From NCBI GenBank assembly GCA_965140705.1, contig OZ223302.1, forward strand, positions 544,001 to 608,000: a stretch of 64,000 bases of DNA. Direction: 5' to 3'. Shown one piece after another: positions 30,004 to 40,535 of the stretch. Below the pieces are notes generated by a model. The model ran no database searches. It was not told where the DNA came from and worked only from the letters and a program-made list of their open reading frames with translations. Numbering within the stretch: position 1 is the stretch's first letter; the number at the start of each line of letters is the position of its first letter. The position numbers were made by a program, and so were the translations under genes. The stretch is from an uncultured Arcobacter sp. Lineage in GTDB: Bacteria; Campylobacterota; Campylobacteria; Campylobacterales; Arcobacteraceae.

Positions 30004-32394
30004 TTATTTCTCTTTTTTAGCAGTTGTTTTCTTTGTTGTCTTTTTTGCAGGAGCTTTCTTCGCTGGAGCTTTTTTTGTTGTTGTTTTCGACGTTGTTTTT
30101 GCAGCTGGTGCTTTTTTAGCTGGTGCTCTTTTTGAAGTTTTAGAATCATTTTCAATAATACTTAAACAATCTTCCAACTCTAAAGAGGCAGCATTTTTAC
30201 CCTTTGGTATTTTATAGTTTTTTCTACCTTGTTTAATATAAGGTCCATATCTTCCATCAAGAATTTGAATTTTTTCTTTTTCAAAGTTTTTAATAGTAGC
30301 TTTTGCTTTTTCTTCATCAATTTGTTTTATTATCTCTAAAGCTCTTGGTAATTCAATTTTATATGGATCATCTTCTTTCAATGAATAAAATTTTGTTTTT
30401 ACTTGTAAATATGGACCAAATCTTCCAATATTTGCTTTAATATCTTCACCTTGGGCAGTTTGTCCTACAACTCTAGGAAGAGTAAATAAAAACATCGCTT
30501 CTTCCATAGTAATTGTATCCATATTTAAATGAGATGGGATAGCTACGAAAAGAGGTTTCTCTTCATCATCTTTTGTCCCAATTTGAACAAATGGACCAAA
30601 TCTCCCAACTCTAGCACTTACAGGTTTCCCAGATTTTGGATCAGTTCCTATTTCTCTTATTTGTAAATAATCTTCTTTATTTACACTCTCTTCTTTTTCA
30701 TCAATAGTTTTTTTGAAATCTCCATAAAACTCTTTCATTACTTGTTGCCAAGCAATTTTTCCCTCTGCAATATCATCAAACTCTTCTTCAACTTTTGCAG
30801 TAAATCCTAAATCTAAAATATTAGGGAAGTGATCTGTTAAAAATGAATTTACAATTTCACCAGTTGGTGTAGGTATAAGTTTTTTATCTTCAGATTTAGT
30901 TATATACTCTCTTGCTTGAATAGTAGAAATAGTAGGAGCATAAGTTGATGGTCTTCCTATTCCTTCACTTTCTAATTTTTTTACAAGAGAAGCTTCTGTA
31001 TATCTTGCTGGTGGTTTTGTAAAGTTTTGCTCTAAATCTAATTTTTCCAAATCAAGTTTTGTTCCAACTTTAATTGACGGTAATATCTTTTCGCTACTAT
31101 CAAGTGCAGATTCAGGATTATCACTTCCTTCTGTATAAACTTTCATAAATCCAGGAAAAATAATTCTTTGTCCCTTAACTTGAAATTCATACTCTTTATC
31201 TTTTCCTGCACTTATTTTATATGTAGTATTTGCTATTCTTGCTGTACTCATTTGAGTAGCAAGTGTTCTTTTCCAAATAAGGCTATAAAGTCTATATTGA
31301 GCATTATCAACATAAGTTTTTATCATACTTGGTTTCAAACTTAAATCAACAGGTCTAATAGCCTCGTGAGCTTCTTGTGCTCCCTTAGCTTTTGATTTGT
31401 ATACCCTTGGACTTTTTAGGCTGTATTCAGCTCCATATGTTTTTTCAATCACTTTTTTAGCTGCACTTGTAGCAACTGTTGAAAGATTTAATGAGTCTGT
31501 TCTCATATATGTAATCAAACCACCAGTATGATTTGGAATATTTTGAATATTTCCCTCATATAATTGTTGTGCAATTACCATAGTTTGTTTTACAGAATAT
31601 CCAAGTTTTCTACTAGCCTCTTGTTGTAGGGTAGAAGTTGTAAAAGGAGCTGCTGGGTTTCTTTTACTTTCATTCTCTTCTATATCAAAAAGTTCAAAAT
31701 CACCTTGATTTATTGAAGCTTCTATCTCTTTTGCTTCTTGTTCATTTTTGATTTTTTTTACTTTTCCATCAATTTTTGCTAATTCTGTATTTAATTCTGG
31801 ATTTATAAAATCAGCTTTTATTTTCCAAAATTCTTCAGGAACAAAGGCTCTAATTTCATTCTCTCTATCAACTATTATTCTAACAGCGACACTTTGAACT
31901 CTTCCTGCACTAAGACCATATCTAACTTTTTTCCATAATAATGGTGATAGTTCATATCCAACAGCTCTATCTAAAATTCTTCTTGCTTGTTGAGCATCAA
32001 CTAAGTTTTGATTTACTTCCCTTGGATTTTCTAAAGCTTTTAAAATTGCACCCTTTGTAATTTCATGAAATACAATTCTTTTTAGTGGGTTTTTTTCAAC
32101 TTTAAGTGCAGGGATAAGATGCCAGGCAATAGCTTCTCCCTCCCTATCCTCATCGGCTGCGAGGTAGATAGTTGTATCTTTTGTTATCTCTTTTTTCAAA
32201 TCAGCAATTACTTTTCTTTTATCCGTGGAAATCAGATATTGAGGTTTGAAATCATCAGCAGGGTCAAACCCCAATTTTGATTTTGGTAAATCTCTTACAT
32301 GACCCATAGATGCCATAACTTTATAATCTGATCCTAAGAATTTTGAAATTGTTTTTGCTTTTGCTGGTGACTCGACGATAACTAAATTTTTCAC
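30004..32394 (-). CDS. topA: DNA topoisomerase I
   Basis: VESPAKAK, DEDREGE, SAGRVQS, ITYMRTD; GRFGP repeats and Lys/Ala-rich tail. Confidence 0.98.
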   Translation of the reverse strand: MKNLVIVESPAKAKTISKFLGSDYKVMASMGHVRDLPKSKLGFDPADDFKPQYLISTDKRKVIADLKKEITKDTTIYLAADEDREGEAIAWHLIPALKVEKNPLKRIVFHEITKGAILKALENPREVNQNLVDAQQARRILDRAVGYELSPLLWKKVRYGLSAGRVQSVAVRIIVDRENEIRAFVPEEFWKIKADFINPELNTELAKIDGKVKKIKNEQEAKEIEASINQGDFELFDIEENESKRNPAAPFTTSTLQQEASRKLGYSVKQTMVIAQQLYEGNIQNIPNHTGGLITYMRTDSLNLSTVATSAAKKVIEKTYGAEYSLKSPRVYKSKAKGAQEAHEAIRPVDLSLKPSMIKTYVDNAQYRLYSLIWKRTLATQMSTARIANTTYKISAGKDKEYEFQVKGQRIIFPGFMKVYTEGSDNPESALDSSEKILPSIKVGTKLDLEKLDLEQNFTKPPARYTEASLVKKLESEGIGRPSTYAPTISTIQAREYITKSEDKKLIPTPTGEIVNSFLTDHFPNILDLGFTAKVEEEFDDIAEGKIAWQQVMKEFYGDFKKTIDEKEESVNKEDYLQIREIGTDPKSGKPVSARVGRFGPFVQIGTKDDEEKPLFVAIPSHLNMDTITMEEAMFLFTLPRVVGQTAQGEDIKANIGRFGPYLQVKTKFYSLKEDDPYKIELPRALEIIKQIDEEKAKATIKNFEKEKIQILDGRYGPYIKQGRKNYKIPKGKNAASLELEDCLSIIENDSKTSKRAPAKKAPAAKTTSKTTTKKAPAKKAPAKKTTKKTTAKKEK

Positions 32395-32483
32395 TATAAA
32401 AATAACCCTTCTGATTTTTTTTGAGCAAGAATTCTAACATAATTAGATTAAAAGCACTTAAGCTTTAAAATTAACATCTTTAT

Positions 32484-33263
32484 CTAAAAAATTATTACCT
32501 CTGTTTGTAAATCAATATTAAACTCTGTTTTTACTCTTTCTTTTGCTAGATTTATCAAATAAATTGCATCTTCAAAAGTTCCACCACCATTATTTACTAA
32601 AAAATTAGCATGTACTTTTGAAAAAGACATTCCATTTTTACTAAACCCTTTTAATCCAACTTGTTCAATCAATCTTCCAGCACTATCTCCCATTGGGTTT
32701 TTAAAGCAACTTCCAGCACTTGGAGTTTGTGGTTGATTATCTCTCATTTTAGAAAATAGTTCATTCTTCTCTTTACTATACCCACTTGATATGTTAAATA
32801 CAAGTTCATAAACTATAGTATCTATATTTGTATATCTATATCCGTATTGTACATCTTCTTTTTTAATATATCCATCTTTTGTCTTAATAGAATCAATGTA
32901 ATTAAAGATTTCCCACTCTTTTAAACCTGCATTCATCTTAATCAAACCACCAAGATTTCCAGGAAGTTTTCCAAGAAATTCAAAATTTGCTAGATTATTT
33001 CTTTTTGCATAAGATAAAAGTTTACCAGATTTTGTAGCACAACCAACATAAAGTTTATCATCAACTTGTTTTATATAATCAAATTCTTCACCTAAAACTG
33101 CAAATTTTGGAGGAGTATTTGAGACTAAAAGATTATTTGCACGACCAATTATTTGATACTTACTATAATCTCCTATCTCATTTATAACCAACACCTCTAC
33201 TATTGGTCCTATGTGAATTGATGAATATTTTGAAAAGTCGATGCTCTTTGTGTAGTTATTCAT
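32484..33263 (-). CDS. murB: UDP-N-acetylmuramate dehydrogenase
   Basis: PGNLGG..MNAG, SAGSCFKNP, HANFLVN. Confidence 0.95.
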   Translation of the reverse strand: MNNYTKSIDFSKYSSIHIGPIVEVLVINEIGDYSKYQIIGRANNLLVSNTPPKFAVLGEEFDYIKQVDDKLYVGCATKSGKLLSYAKRNNLANFEFLGKLPGNLGGLIKMNAGLKEWEIFNYIDSIKTKDGYIKKEDVQYGYRYTNIDTIVYELVFNISSGYSKEKNELFSKMRDNQPQTPSAGSCFKNPMGDSAGRLIEQVGLKGFSKNGMSFSKVHANFLVNNGGGTFEDAIYLINLAKERVKTEFNIDLQTEVIIF

Positions 33264-33265
33264 TA

Positions 33266-34129
33266 TTACTTATTACGAAGTTCTTCATATTCACTTGGAA
33301 TTAAAAACTCTCTTGATTTTACAAGACTATTATAGAAGCCACGTTTATAGCCTAATTCATATAGTTTATCTAAAGCATCATATTGAAGTTCACTCAAACT
33401 TATAGAATCATCATTTGCATAAAGGTCTAAATACTTATCAAGTGTTGGAGCATCAACTCTAATTAATCCTCTTTCCAATAACATATCAGATAAAATTTTC
33501 TTATTTTTATTTGCAACATGTACTGCTTTTATCAAAGTATTTTCATAATCAATTGCGTAGTTTAAAGGAATTGATCTTCTTAAACACATTCCACCAAGGG
33601 GAAGTGGTAAATCTTTTCCAGCTAGCTCTTGCCAGATATCCCAAATCTCACGTTCTACTTCTAAACTATCATCATAATTTAAAATTGACTCATGGATTAA
33701 AACACCAGCATCAACAGTTCCATCAATTACAGCTTGTTCTATATCTAAAAAGTTCATATAAGTAATTCTAGCATCTGGATAAGCGATTCTAAATAAAAGC
33801 CCATTAGTTGTATATTCACCACTTAGGGCTACTTTGAAGTTTTTCTTTAATTTTGTCTCTTTTTTCTTTACTAATTTTGGTCCATATCCATTGCCAAATG
33901 AAACCGCTGTTTTTAAAAGTGCATAATCATCTTTTACAAAAGGGTATAGAGCAAAAGAGATTGCACAAATATCATATACACCATTTAAAGTGGCTTGATT
34001 TAAACTCTCAATATCATCAGCTATATTTTCAAATAGAGTATCTTTTGGAGTAACCCAACCAAATTTTATAGCATAATACATAAAAATATCATCGGCATCT
34101 GGTGAATGTGCAACACTAATTTTTCTCAA
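33266..34129 (-). CDS. mqnD: MqnD-like futalosine-pathway menaquinone biosynthesis protein
   Basis: HSPDADDIFMYYA, GYGP, GVLIHE, LPLPLGG. Confidence 0.8.
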   Translation of the reverse strand: MRKISVAHSPDADDIFMYYAIKFGWVTPKDTLFENIADDIESLNQATLNGVYDICAISFALYPFVKDDYALLKTAVSFGNGYGPKLVKKKETKLKKNFKVALSGEYTTNGLLFRIAYPDARITYMNFLDIEQAVIDGTVDAGVLIHESILNYDDSLEVEREIWDIWQELAGKDLPLPLGGMCLRRSIPLNYAIDYENTLIKAVHVANKNKKILSDMLLERGLIRVDAPTLDKYLDLYANDDSISLSELQYDALDKLYELGYKRGFYNSLVKSREFLIPSEYEELRNK

Positions 34130-34275
34130 AGTCTATCCTTCTTTTTTTCTGGAGAAGATTGTATCAAGTTATGGTTTTATCTTTGGTTATATAAAAATAT
34201 GAATACTTATTCAAAGATTCTACTTTTTACATTAAAATAAGAGTATAATTAAGTAATCTAATTAAGGAGATTATT

Positions 34276-34668
34276 ATGAAAGCATATAAATTAGTCCTTG
34301 GATTTTTAGCCTCAGCAACATTAGTTTCAACACTAAGTGCTGCTAATTATACACAAAAAGGACCTATGAGTTTTGAAGAGTATGACACTAATAATGATGG
34401 CTTTGTATCTGAATCTGAATTTTATGATTTAAGAGCAAAAAAAATGGAAGCAAAAGTAAATCAAGGTATGAGAATGAAAAATGCTGCAAATGCTCCAACT
34501 TTTGAAAGTTTTGATACAAATGGTGATAAGAAATTAACTAAAGCAGAACTTTTAGAAGGTCAAATGAAGAATATGAAACAAAAAATGAACCAAAAAGGAA
34601 TGGGAAATAAAATGAACTCTGGTCAAGGTATGAACAAGGGTAAAGGAATGAATAATTCCAACCAATAA
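34276..34668 (+). CDS. Exported EF-hand domain protein
   Basis: Signal peptide; DTNNDGFVSESE and DTNGDKKLTKAE EF-hand loops; AAGGAG RBS. Confidence 0.85.
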   Translation: MKAYKLVLGFLASATLVSTLSAANYTQKGPMSFEEYDTNNDGFVSESEFYDLRAKKMEAKVNQGMRMKNAANAPTFESFDTNGDKKLTKAELLEGQMKNMKQKMNQKGMGNKMNSGQGMNKGKGMNNSNQ

Positions 34669-34675
34669 TTTTCTT

Positions 34676-34706
34676 CACAAGGTCATATTTATGACCTTGT
34701 GTTTTT
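34676..34706. terminator. Terminator between convergent EF-hand gene and nuoN
   Basis: CACAAGGTCATA-TTT-TATGACCTTGTG followed by TTTTT. Confidence 0.85.
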
Positions 34707-36187
34707 TAGTATCCAGCTATTTGAATATAATAAGAGATAATTTCAAGTAAATTTTGAATAAAAAATATTGAAAGAATCATAAACACTGCACAAGTACCAA
34801 CGATTACTTTACTAGTTGTTGTAGCATTTACCATAAATTTTATTCCATCAACACTTGGTTCTTTTAAGAACATATAAACTATAGGTCTTAGATAATAATA
34901 AGCTGCAATTGCAGAATTTAAAGCCATAATAAGAGCCAATGCCATATATCCACTATTAACAGCAGCTCCTAAAAGATACATTTTACCCCAAAATAGTGCA
35001 AAAGGAGGAATCCCTGCAAGTGAGAGTAAAAATAAACCAAAAATAACAGCAGTCATAGGAGATATTTTTATAAGCCCAGCATATTTTTCTAAAGCATGGT
35101 CTGTGCTAAAAGTTTTATAATCTTTACTTCTATTTAACCATAACATAGCAAAAGCACCAAGATTTGTAACTGAAAATAAAATCCAATACAAAAACATAGC
35201 AGTTGTAGCTTGTGTTGTACCTATCATAATTGCGGCCATTGCAAAACCTGCATTTGATATAGAAGAATAAGCAAGCATTCTATTTATATCCCTTTGAAGT
35301 AGTGCTATTATATTTGGAATAGTCATTGTTAAAACAATAATCCCTATTAAAATAGCTTCCACAAACATATTTCCAGAAGATACAAATATCTCAAAAAATC
35401 TTAAAGCTACAACGAAACCTGCTATTTTTGGAACAATTGACATAAACCCTGCAAGAGAAGCTGTTGAACCTTCATAAATATCTGCAACCCAAACATGAAA
35501 AGGCACAAGTGAAAGTTTAAATCCTAAAGCAGATAAAATAAACACAATTCCAATTAAAATAAGAGGATAATTTTCAAAATCACTTGTAAACAATACTTCA
35601 GAAATCTTACCAAACTCTACAGTTCCCGTTATAGCATAAAAAATCATTGACCCAAAGGCAAAAAAAGCTGCTGATAAAGCACCCATTGTAAAGTATTTTA
35701 TAGCTGCTTCTATTGCATTTGCTCTATTATGCATAGCAATCATAGTATAAAGTGCCATTGAGGCAGTTTCAAGACCTACAAATATAAGAATCAAAGAATC
35801 AGAACTTACCATAAATTGGAAACCAGCAATCATAAATAAATATAAAGCATAAAACTCTGGATATCTTTGTTCATTAAATCTTTGTTTTGTAAAAGACAGT
35901 AAAATAAATAAAATTGAAGCGACTATCATAATTGCTTGAGAAAGAATAGAAATCCCATCAACCATCATCAAGTCAAACATACCTCTTACATCACCGTTAT
36001 AACTTATAACTGTTGCTAAATCTACTATTAAAAATAGAACTGCCAACATGATATATAAAGATTTATCAAGCTTTTTATTTACCAAGTCTATACATAAGAT
36101 AACTAAAGCTCCTACAATAGCAATTGTCATAGGAAGCAAAGTTTGAATATTTAAATTTGCAAAATCTATTGAAATAGCTGGTATCAT
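34706..36187 (-). CDS. nuoN: NADH-quinone oxidoreductase subunit N
   Basis: EAAIKYF, FKLSLVPFHVW, RMLAYSSI, SLAGIPP. Confidence 0.96.
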   Translation of the reverse strand: MIPAISIDFANLNIQTLLPMTIAIVGALVILCIDLVNKKLDKSLYIMLAVLFLIVDLATVISYNGDVRGMFDLMMVDGISILSQAIMIVASILFILLSFTKQRFNEQRYPEFYALYLFMIAGFQFMVSSDSLILIFVGLETASMALYTMIAMHNRANAIEAAIKYFTMGALSAAFFAFGSMIFYAITGTVEFGKISEVLFTSDFENYPLILIGIVFILSALGFKLSLVPFHVWVADIYEGSTASLAGFMSIVPKIAGFVVALRFFEIFVSSGNMFVEAILIGIIVLTMTIPNIIALLQRDINRMLAYSSISNAGFAMAAIMIGTTQATTAMFLYWILFSVTNLGAFAMLWLNRSKDYKTFSTDHALEKYAGLIKISPMTAVIFGLFLLSLAGIPPFALFWGKMYLLGAAVNSGYMALALIMALNSAIAAYYYLRPIVYMFLKEPSVDGIKFMVNATTTSKVIVGTCAVFMILSIFFIQNLLEIISYYIQIAGY

Positions 36188-37713
36188 AATTTTGTCTCCC
36201 CAATTGTATTTGACGACATTAGCTGTACTTTTGAAGCTGGTTGCTGTGCTTTTATCTTCATAATTTCGACTAAATGTTTCACAGAAGTATTAACTGGCTC
36301 TAAAATAGGTTTTGGATAAATTCCTAAAATAATAACCAAAGCAACTAAAGGAATCAGTGCCACTAGTTCTCGTCCCTTTGCATCTTCCAAGTTCTCATTT
36401 TTTGCATTTGTTATTGGTCCAAAGAAAGTCTTTTTATATAAAACAAGCATATAAACTGCCCCTAAGATGATAGTAAGCCCAGCAATAAGTGTAAAGATTG
36501 GTGATACTTTAAAAAATCCTAATAGAGATAAAAACTCTCCCACAAAGCCAATAGTTAAAGGAAGTCCAATTGAAGCCATAAGCATAATTGCAAAGATAGT
36601 TGCATATTTTGGCATAACCTTAGTCAAGCCTCCAAATTCACTCATCATTTTGGTATGTCTTCTATCATAAATCACACCCACAAGCATAAACAGAGCTCCT
36701 GAAACAATACCATGGGAAATCATTAAGAAAATTGAACCACCAATTCCTTCAACATTTAAAGCAAATGTTCCTAAAATAATTACACCCATATGTGATACAG
36801 AAGAGTAAGCAACAACTTGTTTTATATCTTCTTGGGCATAGGCTACCATTGCTGTATAAACTATAGCAATAAGAGCTAATATTGCCATTGGTACCATAAA
36901 ATGTACAGCAGCATCTGGAAACAATGGAAGTGAAAATCTTATAAATCCATAAGTTCCCATTTTAAGTAACACAGCAGCAAGAATTACTGAACCAATTGTT
37001 GGAGCTTGACCATGGGCATATGGAAGCCAAGTGTGAAATGGCACCATTGGAACTTTTATGGCAAAACCTAGGAAAAATGCTACAAATAACCAAAGTTGCA
37101 TATCAAATGGTAGAATAAGCATATTCCAATCTAAAAGATTAAAACTCCAAGAACCTGTTGTCACAGAATAAACATAACCTAAATAAAGCATACCAAGAAG
37201 CATCACTAAAGAACCAGTGAAAGTATAAATGAAAAATTTAATTGAAGCATAAATTCTCAAATTTCCACCCCATGCTCCAATTATGTAAAGCATTGGGATA
37301 AGTGATAACTCCCAAAATAGATAAAATACAATTGCATCTAAAGCTAAAAATACTCCTACCATAGTCATCTCTAAAAACAACACTGTGATAATCATATTTT
37401 TTAAAGCTCTTTTTTCAGTCAAGCCTATGATTGAAATCATTGTCATAAAAGTAGTCATAAGAACTAAAAATAGTGAAATACCATCTATTCCTACAACATA
37501 ACTTATTCCATAAGCATCGATTAGTGGCATTGTTTCTAAAAACTGCATATCAGGCATTGAACTATCAAAACCATACCAAACAAATAATGAAATCAAAAAC
37601 TCAATAGCTGTTACAATAATTGCATAAGTTCTAATAGAATCACTCTTTACTAAAAACCCTATAAATGCAGCAAATGCCGGAAAAAATATTAAAATTGATA
37701 AAATATGTTCCAT
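36184..37713 (-). CDS. nuoM: NADH-quinone oxidoreductase subunit M
   Basis: GIDGIS, KVPMVPFHTWLP, LLKMGTYG, AYSSVSHMG. Confidence 0.97.
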   Translation of the reverse strand: MEHILSILIFFPAFAAFIGFLVKSDSIRTYAIIVTAIEFLISLFVWYGFDSSMPDMQFLETMPLIDAYGISYVVGIDGISLFLVLMTTFMTMISIIGLTEKRALKNMIITVLFLEMTMVGVFLALDAIVFYLFWELSLIPMLYIIGAWGGNLRIYASIKFFIYTFTGSLVMLLGMLYLGYVYSVTTGSWSFNLLDWNMLILPFDMQLWLFVAFFLGFAIKVPMVPFHTWLPYAHGQAPTIGSVILAAVLLKMGTYGFIRFSLPLFPDAAVHFMVPMAILALIAIVYTAMVAYAQEDIKQVVAYSSVSHMGVIILGTFALNVEGIGGSIFLMISHGIVSGALFMLVGVIYDRRHTKMMSEFGGLTKVMPKYATIFAIMLMASIGLPLTIGFVGEFLSLLGFFKVSPIFTLIAGLTIILGAVYMLVLYKKTFFGPITNAKNENLEDAKGRELVALIPLVALVIILGIYPKPILEPVNTSVKHLVEIMKIKAQQPASKVQLMSSNTIGETKL

Positions 37714-37726
37714 ACTTTCTAACCCT

Positions 37727-39658
37727 TTACTTTAAAAACCCAAGCGCTACACTTAGAACTAATAATAAAACAAACCCATAAACCATCACTTTTAATAGTG
37801 TTGATAAATTACTTGATTGAAGAGGTCTAACCCCTTTACCTGATGCATAAACTATTTTTCCAATACCATCAACAATAAAATCAATAATTTTAAGATCAAT
37901 ATATTTCCATGCAAATTTACTTATTGCCAAATATGGTCTTGTTATTATATACTCCAAAAAGTGAGGCATATAATATTGATTTGCCAATAGTTTATAAAAA
38001 AAGCTATCTTTTACATTTTCACTAAAATAAGTACCTGCTCTTACATATCTAAGTGCTGCAAATAATACCCCTGCTATTGCCATCGCACTTGTAACAATAA
38101 CAAGTATAAGTACAACTTCTTCATGAACATGCACATTTAGTCCTGGTAATACTTCTATTATCATCTCTTCGAAAGTACGTCTAAACCAACCTGTTACAAT
38201 TGCAAGTATTGCAAGTGGAGTCATGGCTGCTATTACAAAACCATAAGTTTCATGGGGATGATAATTAAGTTTTTTAAATCTCTCTTCACCAAAAAATACA
38301 TACATAACAAGTCTAAATGAATAAAATGCTGTTAAACCAGCTGTTACCCAAAGGATAGTCCATAAAATATATTGATGGGCTCCAAAGGCAACTTCTAAAA
38401 TTAAATCTTTAGAGTAAAACCCTGCAAGTGGCCAAATACCTGAAAGAGCGGCGGAAGCTATTATCATAATAATAGCAGTACCTTTCATATGCTTATACAA
38501 TCCACCCATATTTTTTATATTTATCTCATCATTTAAAGCATGCATAACATTTCCAGCTCCCAAGAAAAGAACTGATTTAAAAAAGGCATGGGTTGCTAAA
38601 TGAAACAGTGCTACCCAATAAGCTCCAAGTCCAGCTGCCACAAACATATATCCAAGTTGAGACAGGGTTGAGAAAGCAACAATTTTTTTGATATTAGAAG
38701 CTACCATCGCTTGAGTTGCTGCAAATATAGCAACAAAAGCACCAAGACAAGCAATACCATATCCTACTTCAGGAACTGCTGTAAAAATTGCATTTGCACG
38801 TACTAGTAAATAAACCCCAGCTGTTACCATTGTCGCTGCATGAATTAGTGCAGATACTGGTGTTGGACCTTCCATTGCATTTGCAAGCCATTGATTAAAT
38901 GGAAATTGTGCTGATTTACCCATAGCTCCAATAAAAAGAAAAGTTGCAATTGCTATTATAATTCCATGTGATAAATTTCCAATATTTGCAAATACCACAT
39001 CATATTGTAGTGTTCCAAGATTCCAATAAATCAAAAATATTCCAACTAACATACCTAAATCTGCAACTCTATTCATAATAAAAGCTTCATTGGCTGCATA
39101 TGAAGGTGAGATTGAAGAGTATGGTGAAAGAGTAGAGTATGGTGAGTTGTATACATCTTTTACTTTTGCTTTATCCTCTTTGTGATACCAAAATCCAATT
39201 AATCCCCAAGAACAAAGACCAACACCTTCCCATCCGATAAATAATCCAACAAAATTATCACTCATTACTAAAATCATCATAGAAAATACAAAAGCTGATA
39301 ACCAAGCAAAATATCTATTAAATGATTTGTCATGATCCATATAACCAATTGAATGAATATGAACCATAGTTGAAACTATTGTTACTACACTCATCATAGT
39401 AGCACTAACTGCATCAGCTACAAAACCAAAAGGAATACTTAGATTTCCAATTACAATCCAATCCATAAGTTTTACACTTATTATCTCATCTGATGAATAA
39501 ATTGTAAAAAGTAAGAATAATGAGGCAAACATTGAAACTGTTAACATCAAACTTGTAAAGATTCCAGTAAATAGTGTCTTAGGCTTCAATGAAAATAGTG
39601 AAGCAACTAGGGAACCAACTAAAGGAGCAAATAACGCAATATATACAAATTTTTCCAT
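37727..39658 (-). CDS. nuoL: NADH-quinone oxidoreductase subunit L
   Basis: GWEGVG, GKSAQFP, AMEGPTPVSALIHAATMVTAG. Confidence 0.97.
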   Translation of the reverse strand: MEKFVYIALFAPLVGSLVASLFSLKPKTLFTGIFTSLMLTVSMFASLFLLFTIYSSDEIISVKLMDWIVIGNLSIPFGFVADAVSATMMSVVTIVSTMVHIHSIGYMDHDKSFNRYFAWLSAFVFSMMILVMSDNFVGLFIGWEGVGLCSWGLIGFWYHKEDKAKVKDVYNSPYSTLSPYSSISPSYAANEAFIMNRVADLGMLVGIFLIYWNLGTLQYDVVFANIGNLSHGIIIAIATFLFIGAMGKSAQFPFNQWLANAMEGPTPVSALIHAATMVTAGVYLLVRANAIFTAVPEVGYGIACLGAFVAIFAATQAMVASNIKKIVAFSTLSQLGYMFVAAGLGAYWVALFHLATHAFFKSVLFLGAGNVMHALNDEINIKNMGGLYKHMKGTAIIMIIASAALSGIWPLAGFYSKDLILEVAFGAHQYILWTILWVTAGLTAFYSFRLVMYVFFGEERFKKLNYHPHETYGFVIAAMTPLAILAIVTGWFRRTFEEMIIEVLPGLNVHVHEEVVLILVIVTSAMAIAGVLFAALRYVRAGTYFSENVKDSFFYKLLANQYYMPHFLEYIITRPYLAISKFAWKYIDLKIIDFIVDGIGKIVYASGKGVRPLQSSNLSTLLKVMVYGFVLLLVLSVALGFLK

Positions 39659-39958
39659 TTACCCCTCCATATTCTGTAAAGTATCTAAGTTAATAGAATT
39701 TTTTCTTTTATATAATAAAATTAATAATCCCAAACCAACAGCAACTTCACTAGCGGCAATTGCTATTATAAAAAATGCAAACATTTGACCTGTCAAATCT
39801 TGATGAAAGTGTGAAACAGCAGCAAGTCCAATATTTACAGCATTTAACATTATCTCTGTTGAAAAAAATAGCATCAAAAGATTTTTTCTTCTAATTACAC
39901 CTAGTAAGCCTAAACAAAATAGAAGTGATGAAAGTATTAAATACTCATTTAAACTCAT
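39659..39958 (-). CDS. nuoK: NADH-quinone oxidoreductase subunit K
   Basis: RRKNLLM..EIMLNA, AASEVAVGL. Confidence 0.96.
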   Translation of the reverse strand: MSLNEYLILSSLLFCLGLLGVIRRKNLLMLFFSTEIMLNAVNIGLAAVSHFHQDLTGQMFAFFIIAIAASEVAVGLGLLILLYKRKNSINLDTLQNMEG

Positions 39959-40530
39959 TTGCTATCCTTTTCATTTGATGATTCAAGTGCATCTATTTCA
40001 TCTTCACTAAGTTCTGAATATGATACATCCATTTTTTTACCCGCAAGTATAATTCCACCTATCATAGCAACTAATAACATCACAGCTGCAACTTCAAAAG
40101 GAACTAAAAATTTTGTAAATAAAACAACTCCAACATCTTGTGTATTTCCATACTCTGGATGAATTGCATACTCTGAAATTATATTATTAGATACAATTGG
40201 AGAAAGAAAAGCTACAACAGTAATAAGTGCTGCCAAGCCACTAAATAAAAATACTAATCCTGGATTTTGTATTTTTTCTTTTACTTCACTCATAGAATCA
40301 AAAAACATCATTCCAAAAGCATAAAGTGCAATAACAGCACCTGTATAAACTACAATTTGTACAATTCCTAAAAAATCTGCATTTAACAAAAAGAAAAAAG
40401 CAGAGATAAAAATCATACCAGCTGCAAGGGAACTTAGTGCATATAAAGCATTATTTGTAAATACTGTTATTCCAAACATAAATATTGTCAATATTGAAAA
40501 CAAATAAAAAGCTACAATTTCAAACATCAT
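39955..40530 (-). CDS. nuoJ: NADH-quinone oxidoreductase subunit J
   Basis: QIVVYTGA, PFEVAAVMLLVAMIG. Confidence 0.95.
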   Translation of the reverse strand: MMFEIVAFYLFSILTIFMFGITVFTNNALYALSSLAAGMIFISAFFFLLNADFLGIVQIVVYTGAVIALYAFGMMFFDSMSEVKEKIQNPGLVFLFSGLAALITVVAFLSPIVSNNIISEYAIHPEYGNTQDVGVVLFTKFLVPFEVAAVMLLVAMIGGIILAGKKMDVSYSELSEDEIDALESSNEKDSK

Positions 40531-40535
40531 ATCTC

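Noticed and set aside
30004..30135. Short DNA repeats at the topA 3' end
   Set aside because: Explained by the KKAPAKK protein repeats
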